A stretch of 54,131 nt of DNA, taken from NCBI GenBank assembly GCA_949283135.1, contig CASDRM010000054.1, positions 1 to 54,131 on the forward strand. Reading direction: 5' to 3'. The notes beneath the pieces are model-generated. The model searched no databases, was not told where the DNA came from, and saw nothing but the letters and a program-made list of their open reading frames with translations. A program made the translations under genes and the position numbers. Of the stretch, positions 33,359 through 42,221 are shown one piece after another; position 1 is the stretch's first letter, and each line of letters begins with the position of its first letter. This stretch comes from an uncultured Ruminococcus sp. Its GTDB lineage: Bacteria > Bacillota > Clostridia > Oscillospirales > Ruminococcaceae.

Positions 33359-34081
33359 ATGATAAAACAGACAGCAGGGAGAAACGGGCTCGGCGACCTC
33401 GCCCCGAAGTTCGCTGAGCTAAACGACGACGTACTTTTCGGAGAGGTGTGGTCAAGGGAGGACAAACTGTCCCTAAGAGACCGCTCGGTTATAACCGTGG
33501 TTGCCCTGATCTCAAAGGGCATAACCGACAGCTCGCTCAGGTATCATATCCAGAACGCCAGGAACCACGGCGTAACCAAGACTGAAATGGTCGAGATAAT
33601 CACCCATATCGCGTTTTATGTCGGCTGGCCGAACGCATGGGCGGTATTTCCTATGGTAAGAGAGGCGTACGCAGACGAGGCGACTGACGCTCCAAGCGAC
33701 TCTCTGTTCGGTCTGGGCGAGCCTAACGACGCGTTCTCACAGTACTTCACCGGCAAGAGCTACCTCAAGCCGCTCAACACCAAGGGAGTAGGCGCCTATA
33801 ACGTCACCTTCGAGCCGGGGTGCCGCAATAACTGGCACATCCACCACGCCGGGGGTCAGGTGCTTTTATGCACAGACGGCGAGGGCTGGTACCAGGAGTG
33901 GAATGAGCAGGCAAGAAAGCTCCATCCCGGAGACGTGGTGTACATTGCGCCTGAGGTAAAGCACTGGCACGGAGCCTCAAAGGACGAGTGGTTCACGCAC
34001 ATCGCTCTTGAAATCCCTGCTCCCGGAGCGTCAAACGAGTGGCTGGAGCCGGTAGACGACGAGCAGTACGGCAGACTGTGA
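33359..34081 (+). CDS. Carboxymuconolactone decarboxylase (AhpD-like) and cupin fusion protein
   Basis: The N-terminal ~105 aa are CMD-type (LSLRDRSVITVVALISKG...MVEIITHIAFYVGWPNAW). The C-terminal part is a cupin (NNWHIHHAGGQVLLCTDGEGW...HWHGA). Confidence 0.75.
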   Translation: MIKQTAGRNGLGDLAPKFAELNDDVLFGEVWSREDKLSLRDRSVITVVALISKGITDSSLRYHIQNARNHGVTKTEMVEIITHIAFYVGWPNAWAVFPMVREAYADEATDAPSDSLFGLGEPNDAFSQYFTGKSYLKPLNTKGVGAYNVTFEPGCRNNWHIHHAGGQVLLCTDGEGWYQEWNEQARKLHPGDVVYIAPEVKHWHGASKDEWFTHIALEIPAPGASNEWLEPVDDEQYGRL

Positions 34082-34161
34082 GCGCCCAAACAAAACGGCA
34101 TATTTTTCAGAACGGCAGTATTATAAATACTATAATTCTTTAAGCGCTTAGGAGGAAAACC

Positions 34162-35334
34162 ATGTTAGGAAATTTCGTATACTCTAATCCCACAAAAATC
34201 TATTTCGGGGAGGATTCTCTCAAGGGTCTTTATGAGGAGCTGCCAAAGTACGGCAAAAACGTCCTTTTAGTCTACGGCGGAGGCTCGATAAAGAAAAACG
34301 GCATCTATGACAAGGTGATGTCGATACTCGAAGAGTGCGGCAAAGCGGTCACAGAGGACTCCGGAGTAATGCCCAATCCGACGGTGCAAAAGCTCTACGA
34401 GGGCTGCAAGCTTGCCCGCGACTCAAAGGCGGATCTGATTTTGGCGGTCGGCGGAGGCTCCGTCTGCGATTACTCCAAGGCGGTGTCCGTCTCAGCGTAC
34501 TGCGACACCGACCCATGGGAAAAGTATTACCTCAAGATGGAGGACGTCGACAACAGGATAATTCCGGTCGGATGCGTGCTCACAATGGCCGGAACTGGCT
34601 CCGAGATGAACGGCGGCTCGGTAATCACAAATCCTGAGCAAAAGCTCAAGATAGGTCATGTCTTCGGGGACAACGTTATGCCGAAATTCTCAATTCTCAA
34701 CCCGGTCTATACCTATACGCTCCCCAAAAAGCAGATGATAGCCGGCTTGTTCGACATCATGAGCCATATCCTTGAGCAGTATTTCTCCGGCACCGACGAC
34801 AACACCTCCGACTATGTAATGGAGGGGCTTCTCAAGTCTCTGATACACAGCTCCGAGGTCGCGGTAAATAATCCCACCGATTACGAGGCGAGGAGCAACA
34901 TCATGTGGATAGCCACATGGGCTTTGAACACCTTTGTCGCCAAGGGAAAGACCACCGACTGGGAGGTGCACATGATAGGTCAGGCGATCGGCGCGCACAC
35001 CGACGCCACCCACGGCATGACTCTCTCGGCTGTCTCGATTCCGTACTACAGGCACATCATGCCCTACGGGCTTGAGAAATTCAAGCGCTATGCCATAAAC
35101 GTATGGAACGTAAGCCCGGACGGCAAGAGCGATGAGGAAATCGCAAGCGAGGGATTGACGAAAATGGAAGAGTATATGCGCAGGCTGGGTCTTGTGATGA
35201 ACGCCTCCGAGCTCGGCGTGACCCCTGACATGCTCGAGGGAATCGCGGACAGCACCCTCATCATGACCGGCGGCTACAAGATCCTTAGTCGCGAGGACGT
35301 TATAGCCATAGTCAAGGAAAGCATGAACCAGTAG
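34162..35334 (+). CDS. Iron-containing (group III) alcohol dehydrogenase, butanol-DH/YqhD-like
   Basis: 390-aa ORF with GGGSVCDYSKA and metal-binding His clusters (HMIGQAIGAHTDATHG). SD AGGAGGA. Confidence 0.9.
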   Translation: MLGNFVYSNPTKIYFGEDSLKGLYEELPKYGKNVLLVYGGGSIKKNGIYDKVMSILEECGKAVTEDSGVMPNPTVQKLYEGCKLARDSKADLILAVGGGSVCDYSKAVSVSAYCDTDPWEKYYLKMEDVDNRIIPVGCVLTMAGTGSEMNGGSVITNPEQKLKIGHVFGDNVMPKFSILNPVYTYTLPKKQMIAGLFDIMSHILEQYFSGTDDNTSDYVMEGLLKSLIHSSEVAVNNPTDYEARSNIMWIATWALNTFVAKGKTTDWEVHMIGQAIGAHTDATHGMTLSAVSIPYYRHIMPYGLEKFKRYAINVWNVSPDGKSDEEIASEGLTKMEEYMRRLGLVMNASELGVTPDMLEGIADSTLIMTGGYKILSREDVIAIVKESMNQ

Positions 35335-35345
35335 CTTCGGCAGGC

Positions 35346-35374
35346 TTGCACTCTGGCTGAAATTATGTTACAAT
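35346..35374 (+). promoter_or_regulatory. Sigma-A-like promoter of the orphan ECF S-component gene
   Basis: TTGCAC, 17 nt, then TGtTACAAT. This leaves only about 25-30 nt of 5-prime UTR before the ATG at 35408. Confidence 0.5.
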
Positions 35375-35407
35375 GGCTGTGACATACACGATCCAAAGGA
35401 GCCTTAA

Positions 35408-35980
35408 ATGAAGAACAATCTCAAGAGCCTCACTCTCACCGCCATGTTCCTTGCCATAGGGCTTGTGCTTCCGTTTCTCACCGGACAAATTCCGCAGATA
35501 GGCAACATGCTTCTTCCAATGCACATACCGGTATTTTTGTGCGCGCTCATCTGCGGCTGGGAGTTCGCCACGCCGATGGCGTTCATTCTCCCGCTGATGC
35601 GCTCCGCGATATTCACCATGCCTCCCTTCTTTCCGTCGGCTGTCGGCATGGCGTTTGAGCTCGCCGCATACGCATTCGTCACCGGATTTCTGTACAAGCG
35701 GGTGCGCAGCCAATCGGTTAAAACCGTTTATCTTTGCATGATAACCGCAATGATTGCCGGACGGGCGGTATGGGGAATAGCCAGAACGCTCATGCTCGGC
35801 TTCGACGACAGCCCGTTTACCCTCAGCGTCTTCCTGTCCGGAGCGTTCCTGACCGCCATACCCGGTATTATCATTCAGCTCATACTTATCCCGCTCATTA
35901 TGGTGGCGCTGGACAGAACCGGGCTCGTGCCGTTCAAAGCTAAAAGCAGGAACAAAACCACCGAGGCGGCAGTCAGGTAA
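35408..35980 (+). CDS. ECF-transporter S component, substrate unknown
   Basis: 190-aa ORF with six hydrophobic helices. The N-terminus LTLTAMFLAIGLVLPFLTGQIP...LPMHIPVFL is typical of ECF substrate-capture proteins. No EcfA or EcfT gene is adjacent. Confidence 0.6.
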   Translation: MKNNLKSLTLTAMFLAIGLVLPFLTGQIPQIGNMLLPMHIPVFLCALICGWEFATPMAFILPLMRSAIFTMPPFFPSAVGMAFELAAYAFVTGFLYKRVRSQSVKTVYLCMITAMIAGRAVWGIARTLMLGFDDSPFTLSVFLSGAFLTAIPGIIIQLILIPLIMVALDRTGLVPFKAKSRNKTTEAAVR

Positions 35981-36010
35981 TATAAAACTAAAATCAGGAA
36001 TATCCAACGC

Positions 36011-36052
36011 ATATCCGCGGAAATCATTTTGGTTTGCCGTGGATATATTTTT
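36011..36052 (+). terminator. Terminator after the ECF S-component gene
   Basis: Stem ATATCCGCGG / CCGTGGATAT followed by ATTTTT. Confidence 0.6.
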
Positions 36053-36144
36053 ATGTAGGGAAGGATAGACCTCTTAGACAGACGGAGTATATGTACAGCT
36101 ACAAGCGGCAGGCATCTGTTCTTATAAATTTGCGCACGAATAAC

Positions 36145-36178
36145 AAAAGACGGTGTCCAAAGAAGGATACCGTCTTTT
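36145..36178 (-). terminator. Terminator after the P-type ATPase gene (minus strand)
   Basis: Hairpin AAAAGACGGTGTCC / GGATACCGTCTTTT, 27 nt beyond the stop at 36205. Confidence 0.6.
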
Positions 36179-36204
36179 ATATTGCGGGTACTGTAATTAC
36201 CGCT

Positions 36205-38220
36205 TTACAGCTTTTTGACGAACAGCGCCCTTATCGCGTTAAATACCGCCAATATCATTACTCCAACGTCCGCGAACACCGCAAGCCACATGCTGGCAAG
36301 ACCGACAGCCACCAAGGCGAGGCAGCCGAGCTTTATAACTATCGAAAAGACGATGTTCTGATACACTATGCCAAGGCATTTGCGGGAGATTTTTATCGCC
36401 TTGGATATCTTCATCGGGTCATCGTCCATGAGTATTACATCGGCAGCCTCTATCGCCGCGTCAGAGCCCATGGCTCCCATAGCTATACCTATGTCCGCTC
36501 TTCCGAGCACCGGAGCATCGTTGATTCCGTCACCTACAAAGGCGAGCCTTGAGCTTTCCGGCTTTGACTCAAGCAGCTTTTCCACCAAAGACACCTTGTC
36601 TGCCGGCAGCAGCTCGCCGTGAACCTCGTCTATTCCGAGCGATGCCGCGACCTTTTGGGCGACCTTCTTTGAGTCTCCGGTGAGCATTACAGTCTTTTTG
36701 ACGCCCGCTGAACGAAGCCTCTTTATTGCCTCCTCGGCGGTAGGCTTTATTATATCCGAAATGACTATGTGACCCATATAGCTGCCGTCTATCGCCATAT
36801 GGATGATCGTTCCGACCGAGTGGCAGTCTACATATTTTACTCCGAGCGAGTCCATAAGTCTTGAGTTACCAGCAGCTACCTTATGCCCGTCAACAGTAGC
36901 TGTAACTCCGTTTCCGCTTATCTCCCTGATGTCACACACACGGCTTCTGTCTATAACTCCGCCGTCAGCCTCATATGCGCGCTGAAGGCTCTTGCTTATA
37001 GGGTGGGACGAGGAGCTTTCAGCCAACGCGGCGTACTCTACCAGCTTCCTGTCTTCTATTTCGCTGTGATGTATCCCATTTACCTCAAAGACACCCTTGG
37101 TAAGTGTTCCGGTCTTGTCAAAAACAACTATCCTTGTCTTAGATAGAGTCTCCAGATAGTTTGAGCCCTTTACGAGTATACCCTCCTTGCTCGCACCGCC
37201 TATTCCTGCAAAGAAGCTGAGCGGTATGCTGATTACCAAAGCGCAGGGACAGCTTGCCACCAGGAAGCTAAGCGCACGGTAGACCCATGTTTCCCATGCC
37301 GCCGGCTGGGCTGCTATGAGAATGTTCCATATAGGAGGCAGAACCGCGAGCGCGACCGCCGCTATGCAAACCGCCGGGGTATAAATCCTCGCAAAGCGGG
37401 AAATAAAGTTCTCTGACCTCGACTTTCTCGAGGTGGCGTTCTCCACCAGATCAAGTATCTTTGATACCGTAGACTCGCCGAACTCCTTTGTGGTTTTTAT
37501 CCTGAGGACGCCGGTCATGTTTATGCAGCCGCTTATTACCTCGTCTCCAGCGCCGACCTCCTTAGGAAGGCTTTCGCCGGTAAGCGCGGCGGTGTTGAGT
37601 GTGGAAGAGCCATCCTCGATTATACCGTCAATAGGCACCTTCTCACCCGGCTGAACCACTATGATGCTGCCTATCGCAACCTCGTCCGGATCTACCTGAA
37701 TAAGATTGCCGTCAGACTCTATATTTGCGTAGTCAGGACGAATATCCATAAGCTCGCTTATATTGCGGCGGCTCTTGCCCACCGCGTAGCTCTGAAACCA
37801 CTCGCCCACCTGGTAAAACAGCATGACGGCTATCGCCTCAAGGTAGTCGCCGTTCTCGTAAATAGCCAAGGCAAAGGCTCCGACGGTGGCAACCGCCATC
37901 AAAAAGTTCTCGTCGAGAACTCTTCCTCTGATTATTCCCCTGAACGCTTCTTTAAGTATGTCGCCGCCGATTATCAGATAGTCGCAGAGATATAGACCGA
38001 GGCGAACCCATCTCCCCGCTTCTCCCATAGCCTCAAATACCTCTGAGCCCACAAGCTGCAGCCCGAAGAGCCACAAATCGGATACAAGAATCCTGACGAG
38101 CATCACTTTCTGCTTCTTAGTCATTGAGCTGCCGGCTCTATTTCCCGATATCAGCAGTCCTGCCGCCAGAATCGCAATGACAGCAATCAGCCCGTCTACG
38201 ATGATTTCCTGATAATTCAT
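36205..38220 (-). CDS. Heavy-metal P1B-type ATPase (Zn/Cd/Pb-type CPC pump) lacking a fused metal-binding domain
   Basis: DKTGTLT phosphorylation site, TM6 motif CPCALVISIP, SSHPIS (HP motif) and GDGINDAP hinge. The protein begins directly with TM helices. The ATG at 38220 has the SD GGAAGGTGG. Confidence 0.9.
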   Translation of the reverse strand: MNYQEIIVDGLIAVIAILAAGLLISGNRAGSSMTKKQKVMLVRILVSDLWLFGLQLVGSEVFEAMGEAGRWVRLGLYLCDYLIIGGDILKEAFRGIIRGRVLDENFLMAVATVGAFALAIYENGDYLEAIAVMLFYQVGEWFQSYAVGKSRRNISELMDIRPDYANIESDGNLIQVDPDEVAIGSIIVVQPGEKVPIDGIIEDGSSTLNTAALTGESLPKEVGAGDEVISGCINMTGVLRIKTTKEFGESTVSKILDLVENATSRKSRSENFISRFARIYTPAVCIAAVALAVLPPIWNILIAAQPAAWETWVYRALSFLVASCPCALVISIPLSFFAGIGGASKEGILVKGSNYLETLSKTRIVVFDKTGTLTKGVFEVNGIHHSEIEDRKLVEYAALAESSSSHPISKSLQRAYEADGGVIDRSRVCDIREISGNGVTATVDGHKVAAGNSRLMDSLGVKYVDCHSVGTIIHMAIDGSYMGHIVISDIIKPTAEEAIKRLRSAGVKKTVMLTGDSKKVAQKVAASLGIDEVHGELLPADKVSLVEKLLESKPESSRLAFVGDGINDAPVLGRADIGIAMGAMGSDAAIEAADVILMDDDPMKISKAIKISRKCLGIVYQNIVFSIVIKLGCLALVAVGLASMWLAVFADVGVMILAVFNAIRALFVKKL

Positions 38221-38394
38221 CAAAGCCCACCTTCCGCTGAGGCTTCAAGCTCATTAAAGCCGCTCAGGCGCGCCTTAAATGCGCCAAAGCCGCCAAAGCA
38301 CGCAAGCCCCCGAAATTTATATTAAAATCACACTGAAAAAATTTAATTCAAAGGATAACCCGCCGCCTATGCGCTGACCTGCGAGCGATATATC

Positions 38395-38613
38395 CTATAA
38401 ATATATCTCGCAGTCCGGCTCTATCCTCTTGCACGCCTTCACCACGTCATCCATCACGCCGTTCGGCTCGCTGCCGTCCTTGAACTCGACGGTCATCTTC
38501 TGGGTCATAAAGTTGACCACGGCTTTGTCTACTCCGTTTATCTTGCATGCGGCTCTTTCCATAAGATTGGCGCAGTTTGCGCAGTCAACTTCGATTTTGT
38601 AGGTCTTCTTCAT
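38395..38613 (-). CDS. Stand-alone heavy-metal-associated (HMA) domain protein
   Basis: 72-aa ferredoxin-like ORF with a CxxC motif (VDCANCANLMERA). SD AAAGGAGA. Upstream of and co-oriented with the ATPase gene. Confidence 0.85.
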   Translation of the reverse strand: MKKTYKIEVDCANCANLMERAACKINGVDKAVVNFMTQKMTVEFKDGSEPNGVMDDVVKACKRIEPDCEIYL

Positions 38614-38736
38614 GTCTATATCTCCTTTGCATGTTCATGAGTTATTATTATAAATAAACAATTAAGCACTCGTTTAACTGTATTCTTATAATACTCCTTT
38701 CACTTTTGTTTGTCAACCGTTTTTTTAAAAATCTTT

Positions 38737-38777
38737 AAAAATAATACGCGGGCGCACGCTGCATCCAGCATGCGCCC
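38737..38777 (-). terminator. Terminator after the patatin-like gene (minus strand)
   Basis: Stem GGGCGCA..GCT / AGC..TGCGCCC, followed on the minus strand by a T-rich run. Confidence 0.5.
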
Positions 38778-38813
38778 GAATCCGCACTAAAACCACACGG
38801 TTATAAAGGGCTC

Positions 38814-39701
38814 TTAGCTCCTAAGGAAACTCAGCAAGCCGTCTCTTACCCTCTCGTAGTCATCAAGACCGAGCTGGTAAAGCTCCTTTTCTGCCTTTTC
38901 GTCCATTGAATAGGTGGTAACATCAAGTCTGCGGCTTGGAGCTATAACAAACGCCTTTCCCTGCCGCTCAAGCTCAAATACCTGCTTAAAGTTTTTGTTG
39001 TACCGCTCATGCCTTGTATCTATCATTTCAACGACCTTTGGGTATTTGCGGAGCCTGAACGAATACAATGCCCGATGCTTCTGAGGCTGCTTTACATAAT
39101 CCCTGGTCTTTGACAATATCACTACAAGCTTATCGCAGCCCTTCTCAAAGGCCCTGTCCACAGGAATCGACACCGCCATTCCACCGTCACAGTAGGACAC
39201 TCCGTCAATTTCCACCGGTCTGCAAACCGCAGGTATCGCGCAGGACGCCATTATCGCCCTGTAGTCGTCCCGCTTAAGGTCGGACTTGTTCAGATACACC
39301 GCCTCTCCGGTCGATACATTCACCGCGACAAGCTCAAACTCCGCCGGATTCATCATCATCGCATCGTAGTCCAAGGGGTCAAGCCCGTCCGAATTGCTCA
39401 GGTCTCCGTATATATATTTCAGCCCAAATAGATCCCCGCTCCTGAGAAAGCTCCTCAGCCCATAGTAGTAAGGCTGGTGAAGGTACTCGGTATAGAACCT
39501 GCGATTTCTTCCGCGCTGTCCCGCAAGGTATGAGGCGAGATTTGCCGTTCCTGCGGACACTCCTATGCAATATTCAAAGCCTATGTTGTCGTCAATAAAG
39601 CGGTCGAGCACGGCCGCGCCGTAAACGCACTTCATTCCCCCGCCCTCGCAGACAAGACCTATTTTCGTTCCGGTGCCATTTGTTTTAGCGCAGGTTTCCA
39701 T
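38814..39701 (-). CDS. Patatin-like phospholipase family protein
   Basis: Oxyanion motif CEGGGMKC and the GxSxG nucleophile elbow (GVSAGT). The ORF opens at TTG 39746; GTG 39710 and ATG 39701 are alternatives, so the start is uncertain. Confidence 0.8.
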   Translation of the reverse strand: METCAKTNGTGTKIGLVCEGGGMKCVYGAAVLDRFIDDNIGFEYCIGVSAGTANLASYLAGQRGRNRRFYTEYLHQPYYYGLRSFLRSGDLFGLKYIYGDLSNSDGLDPLDYDAMMMNPAEFELVAVNVSTGEAVYLNKSDLKRDDYRAIMASCAIPAVCRPVEIDGVSYCDGGMAVSIPVDRAFEKGCDKLVVILSKTRDYVKQPQKHRALYSFRLRKYPKVVEMIDTRHERYNKNFKQVFELERQGKAFVIAPSRRLDVTTYSMDEKAEKELYQLGLDDYERVRDGLLSFLRS

Positions 39702-39937
39702 ATCCGCCACACCTTTGCTCTCCTTTCCAATAACAGTTTGCCGCAATCCATAACATCATTATACCAGTTTTTTCACAAATCACAATAGCTATGCAGATAT
39801 ATCGAAGATAAAAATAATATATTTTCGCAATAAAGTGTTTTACATCGGATAAATTTATGCTATAATAATTTAAAAGGTTATTTTAATTGCCGTCACGCAA
39901 AATAACCCACCTCAATTTAACCGGAGGAACGGACAAA

Positions 39938-40339
39938 ATGTCAGAATTTACACTTCCGCATGATCATGGGCAGTCGATAGAGCAGGAACTGAATAATATG
40001 CCGAACTCAGAAAACTTTCAAACCCTTTCCGCAATATTCAGGCAGCTTGACGACGGCAGCAGAATAAGAATATTCTGGCTGCTATGCCACTGCGAGGAAT
40101 GCGTGATAAATTTGTCTGCAATGATGGGAATGAGCAGTCCCGCGGTCTCGCATCACCTCAGGCAGCTCAAAACGGCGGGACTCATCGTAAGCAGGAGAGA
40201 GGGCAAGGAGGTATATTACACTGCCTCCAAATCGGAGCAGGCGCAGCTACTGCACAGGATGATAGAAGAGCTGGTGAAGATAGCCTGCCCGTCAGAAGCA
40301 TCCCACGCCGGATACGGCAAGACATCGGAGCAGCAATAA
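39938..40339 (+). CDS. ArsR/SmtB-family metal-sensing repressor
   Basis: Winged HTH (LSAMMGMSSPAVSHHLRQLKTAGLIVSRREGKEVYY) preceded by a Cys cluster, CHCEEC, at the alpha3 sensing position. The ATG at 39938 follows the SD GGAGGA. Confidence 0.85.
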   Translation: MSEFTLPHDHGQSIEQELNNMPNSENFQTLSAIFRQLDDGSRIRIFWLLCHCEECVINLSAMMGMSSPAVSHHLRQLKTAGLIVSRREGKEVYYTASKSEQAQLLHRMIEELVKIACPSEASHAGYGKTSEQQ

Positions 40340-40374
40340 CCGAGAAAAGGTGTTAATCCAAAGGAGGAACGAAA

Positions 40375-40614
40375 ATGAAACTCATTCATGTTGCAAACAA
40401 ATACTGCCGGGAGAGCGACTGGAAGGTACTGCTCCTGCTGAAGATCTGCCTTCTATCTGCCGGAATGATAGCAGGGATGCTGATCCCGAAGGAGAAAAGA
40501 AAGGCTGCGTTCGGCTTTGGAATCGCCGCGTTCATTATCTCATATCTTCCGCTTATGAACAGGCTTTGCAGAACCTGGAGGCAGGATACGCTTGAGCAGC
40601 CGCATGAGCTCTGA
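40375..40614 (+). CDS. Small two-helix membrane protein, function unknown
   Basis: 79-aa ORF with a strong SD AAAGGAGGAAC 5 nt upstream of the ATG. Two hydrophobic segments. Confidence 0.55.
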   Translation: MKLIHVANKYCRESDWKVLLLLKICLLSAGMIAGMLIPKEKRKAAFGFGIAAFIISYLPLMNRLCRTWRQDTLEQPHEL

Positions 40615-40954
40615 TAAGATCTACTCCATGCCGCTCGGAAGAGTATATCCCCTTCTTGTGGCAAAGGCTGAAAGAAAGGGCAGAACCAAGGACGAAGTGG
40701 ACAGAATCATCTGCTGGCTGACCGGTTATACCACTGAGGAAATATCGGACGCAGTCTCGAGCGGCAGTACCTGCGGCGAGTTCTTTCAAAAAGCGCCGAA
40801 CCCAAACCCCGGTCGCAAAATGATCAGGGGAACGGTATGCGGCGTGAGAGTTGAGGAGATAGAAGAGCCGCTCATGCGGGAGATAAGGTACCTTGACAAG
40901 CTCGTGGATGAGCTTGCACAGGGTAAAGTGCTTGAAAAGATCCTCAGAGCATGA
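40604..40954 (+). CDS. DUF2200 domain protein
   Basis: KIYSMPLGRVYPLLVAKAERKGRTKDEVDRIICWLTGY resembles DUF2200. The only ATG (40604) overlaps the end of the preceding ORF by 11 nt. Confidence 0.6.
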   Translation: MSSDKIYSMPLGRVYPLLVAKAERKGRTKDEVDRIICWLTGYTTEEISDAVSSGSTCGEFFQKAPNPNPGRKMIRGTVCGVRVEEIEEPLMREIRYLDKLVDELAQGKVLEKILRA

Positions 40955-40967
40955 ATAGATTACTTAT

Positions 40968-41011
40968 AAAAAGCCGTTTGGCTCCGGATACGCTGGAGCC
41001 AAACGGCTTTT
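40968..41011. terminator. Bidirectional terminator between DUF2200 (+) and EamA (-) genes
   Basis: A5, then GCCGTTTGGCTCC / GGAGCCAAACGGC, then T4. Confidence 0.7.
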
Positions 41012-41038
41012 GCTTTGATCTCGCTTTATTTTTACACC

Positions 41039-41905
41039 TTACGAGAATACCGCCATTCCGAGCGTGCCGACGCTCATCATCACAAGCCCGATAAGCGCTT
41101 TTTTTCCGAGCCTTTCCTTAAAGAATATATATGAAAACGCGACCGTCAGAAGTATACTCAGCTTGTCTATAGGGACTACTATGCTTACAACTCCGTTTTG
41201 AATCGCGTAATAATAGCAGAGCCATGACGCGCCGGTAGATATACCGGAGAAGAAGAGGAATACAAGCTCTTTTTTATCCAGTGACCTGAGCTTAGGAGTT
41301 TTTTTCTTTATAAGCACTATGACCCACGCCATGACAAGGACAACTCCTGTCCTTATCGCGGTGCCGAGATTCGACTCCACCCCAGTTATGCCCACTTTTC
41401 CGAGTATCGAAGTAAGCGCCGCGAAGACTGCCGAGCCAACTGCATATAAGATATATACATTGCCCTCCGACTTAACGCTGCCCTTCTTCTTTTCGATCAT
41501 CAGTATAGTGCCGATGCCTATCAGCGCAGTGCCGATGAGCTTCACCCAAAGGATCTCAGTTTCTCCAAACAAAATTATAGCCAGTAAAACCGACAGCACG
41601 GTGCTCGACTTGTCAATAGGTACTACCTTGTTGACATCTCCCATAGACAGAGCCTTGAAATAGCATATCCAAGACGCTCCGGTAGCCGCCCCGGATAAGA
41701 CAAGAAACAGAAGCGATTTTGACGGGATTTGAGTTATGCTTCCCTGCGATCCGACGATAAACACCATCAGCCATGAGAACGCCAGCACGACTATGGTGCG
41801 AAGAGCGGTCGCAACGTCAGAATCCGTCTTTTTTATTCCGCACTTTGCCAATATTGCAGTCAAGCCCGCGAAAACTGACGAGCCTACCGCCGCTAAAAGC
41901 CACAT
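41039..41905 (-). CDS. EamA-family (DMT superfamily) transporter
   Basis: 288-aa ORF with ten hydrophobic helices arranged as two internally similar halves, the typical EamA duplication. Confidence 0.8.
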   Translation of the reverse strand: MWLLAAVGSSVFAGLTAILAKCGIKKTDSDVATALRTIVVLAFSWLMVFIVGSQGSITQIPSKSLLFLVLSGAATGASWICYFKALSMGDVNKVVPIDKSSTVLSVLLAIILFGETEILWVKLIGTALIGIGTILMIEKKKGSVKSEGNVYILYAVGSAVFAALTSILGKVGITGVESNLGTAIRTGVVLVMAWVIVLIKKKTPKLRSLDKKELVFLFFSGISTGASWLCYYYAIQNGVVSIVVPIDKLSILLTVAFSYIFFKERLGKKALIGLVMMSVGTLGMAVFS

Positions 41906-42221
41906 TTTTCTTTCCCTCCGGTCTTTGCCGCTGCATTTTTACAGCCTAATAACACCCGCTTAATCACAAACTATATTTTACTCCAGTTTTATCTGAAATT
42001 CAACTGCATTTAGCAGGCGATAAAATCTCACCCGCCACCGACGTACCTGCATATAATATAAAAAGCAGTTATGAGACATTTTTTCAAAAATTTATTCTTG
42101 ATTTTGTTAATCAGGCATGAGTTTTACAAGTAAAATAATGCTTGAACAAAAATGCGGTTATTTTGAAAAGAGCTGCAAAAAATAGATGCTGAAAACAAGA
42201 AGAAAGGAACTTGTTATAAAC

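Noticed and set aside
38224-38394. A 172-nt GC-rich spacer between the HMA gene and the ATPase gene, containing GGCGCGCC and repeated GGCGC/GCGCC elements. I considered it as a structured RNA or operator.
   Set aside because: I could fold no extended conserved-looking structure or clear dyad by eye. It may simply be an intercistronic spacer and would need covariance or comparative data.
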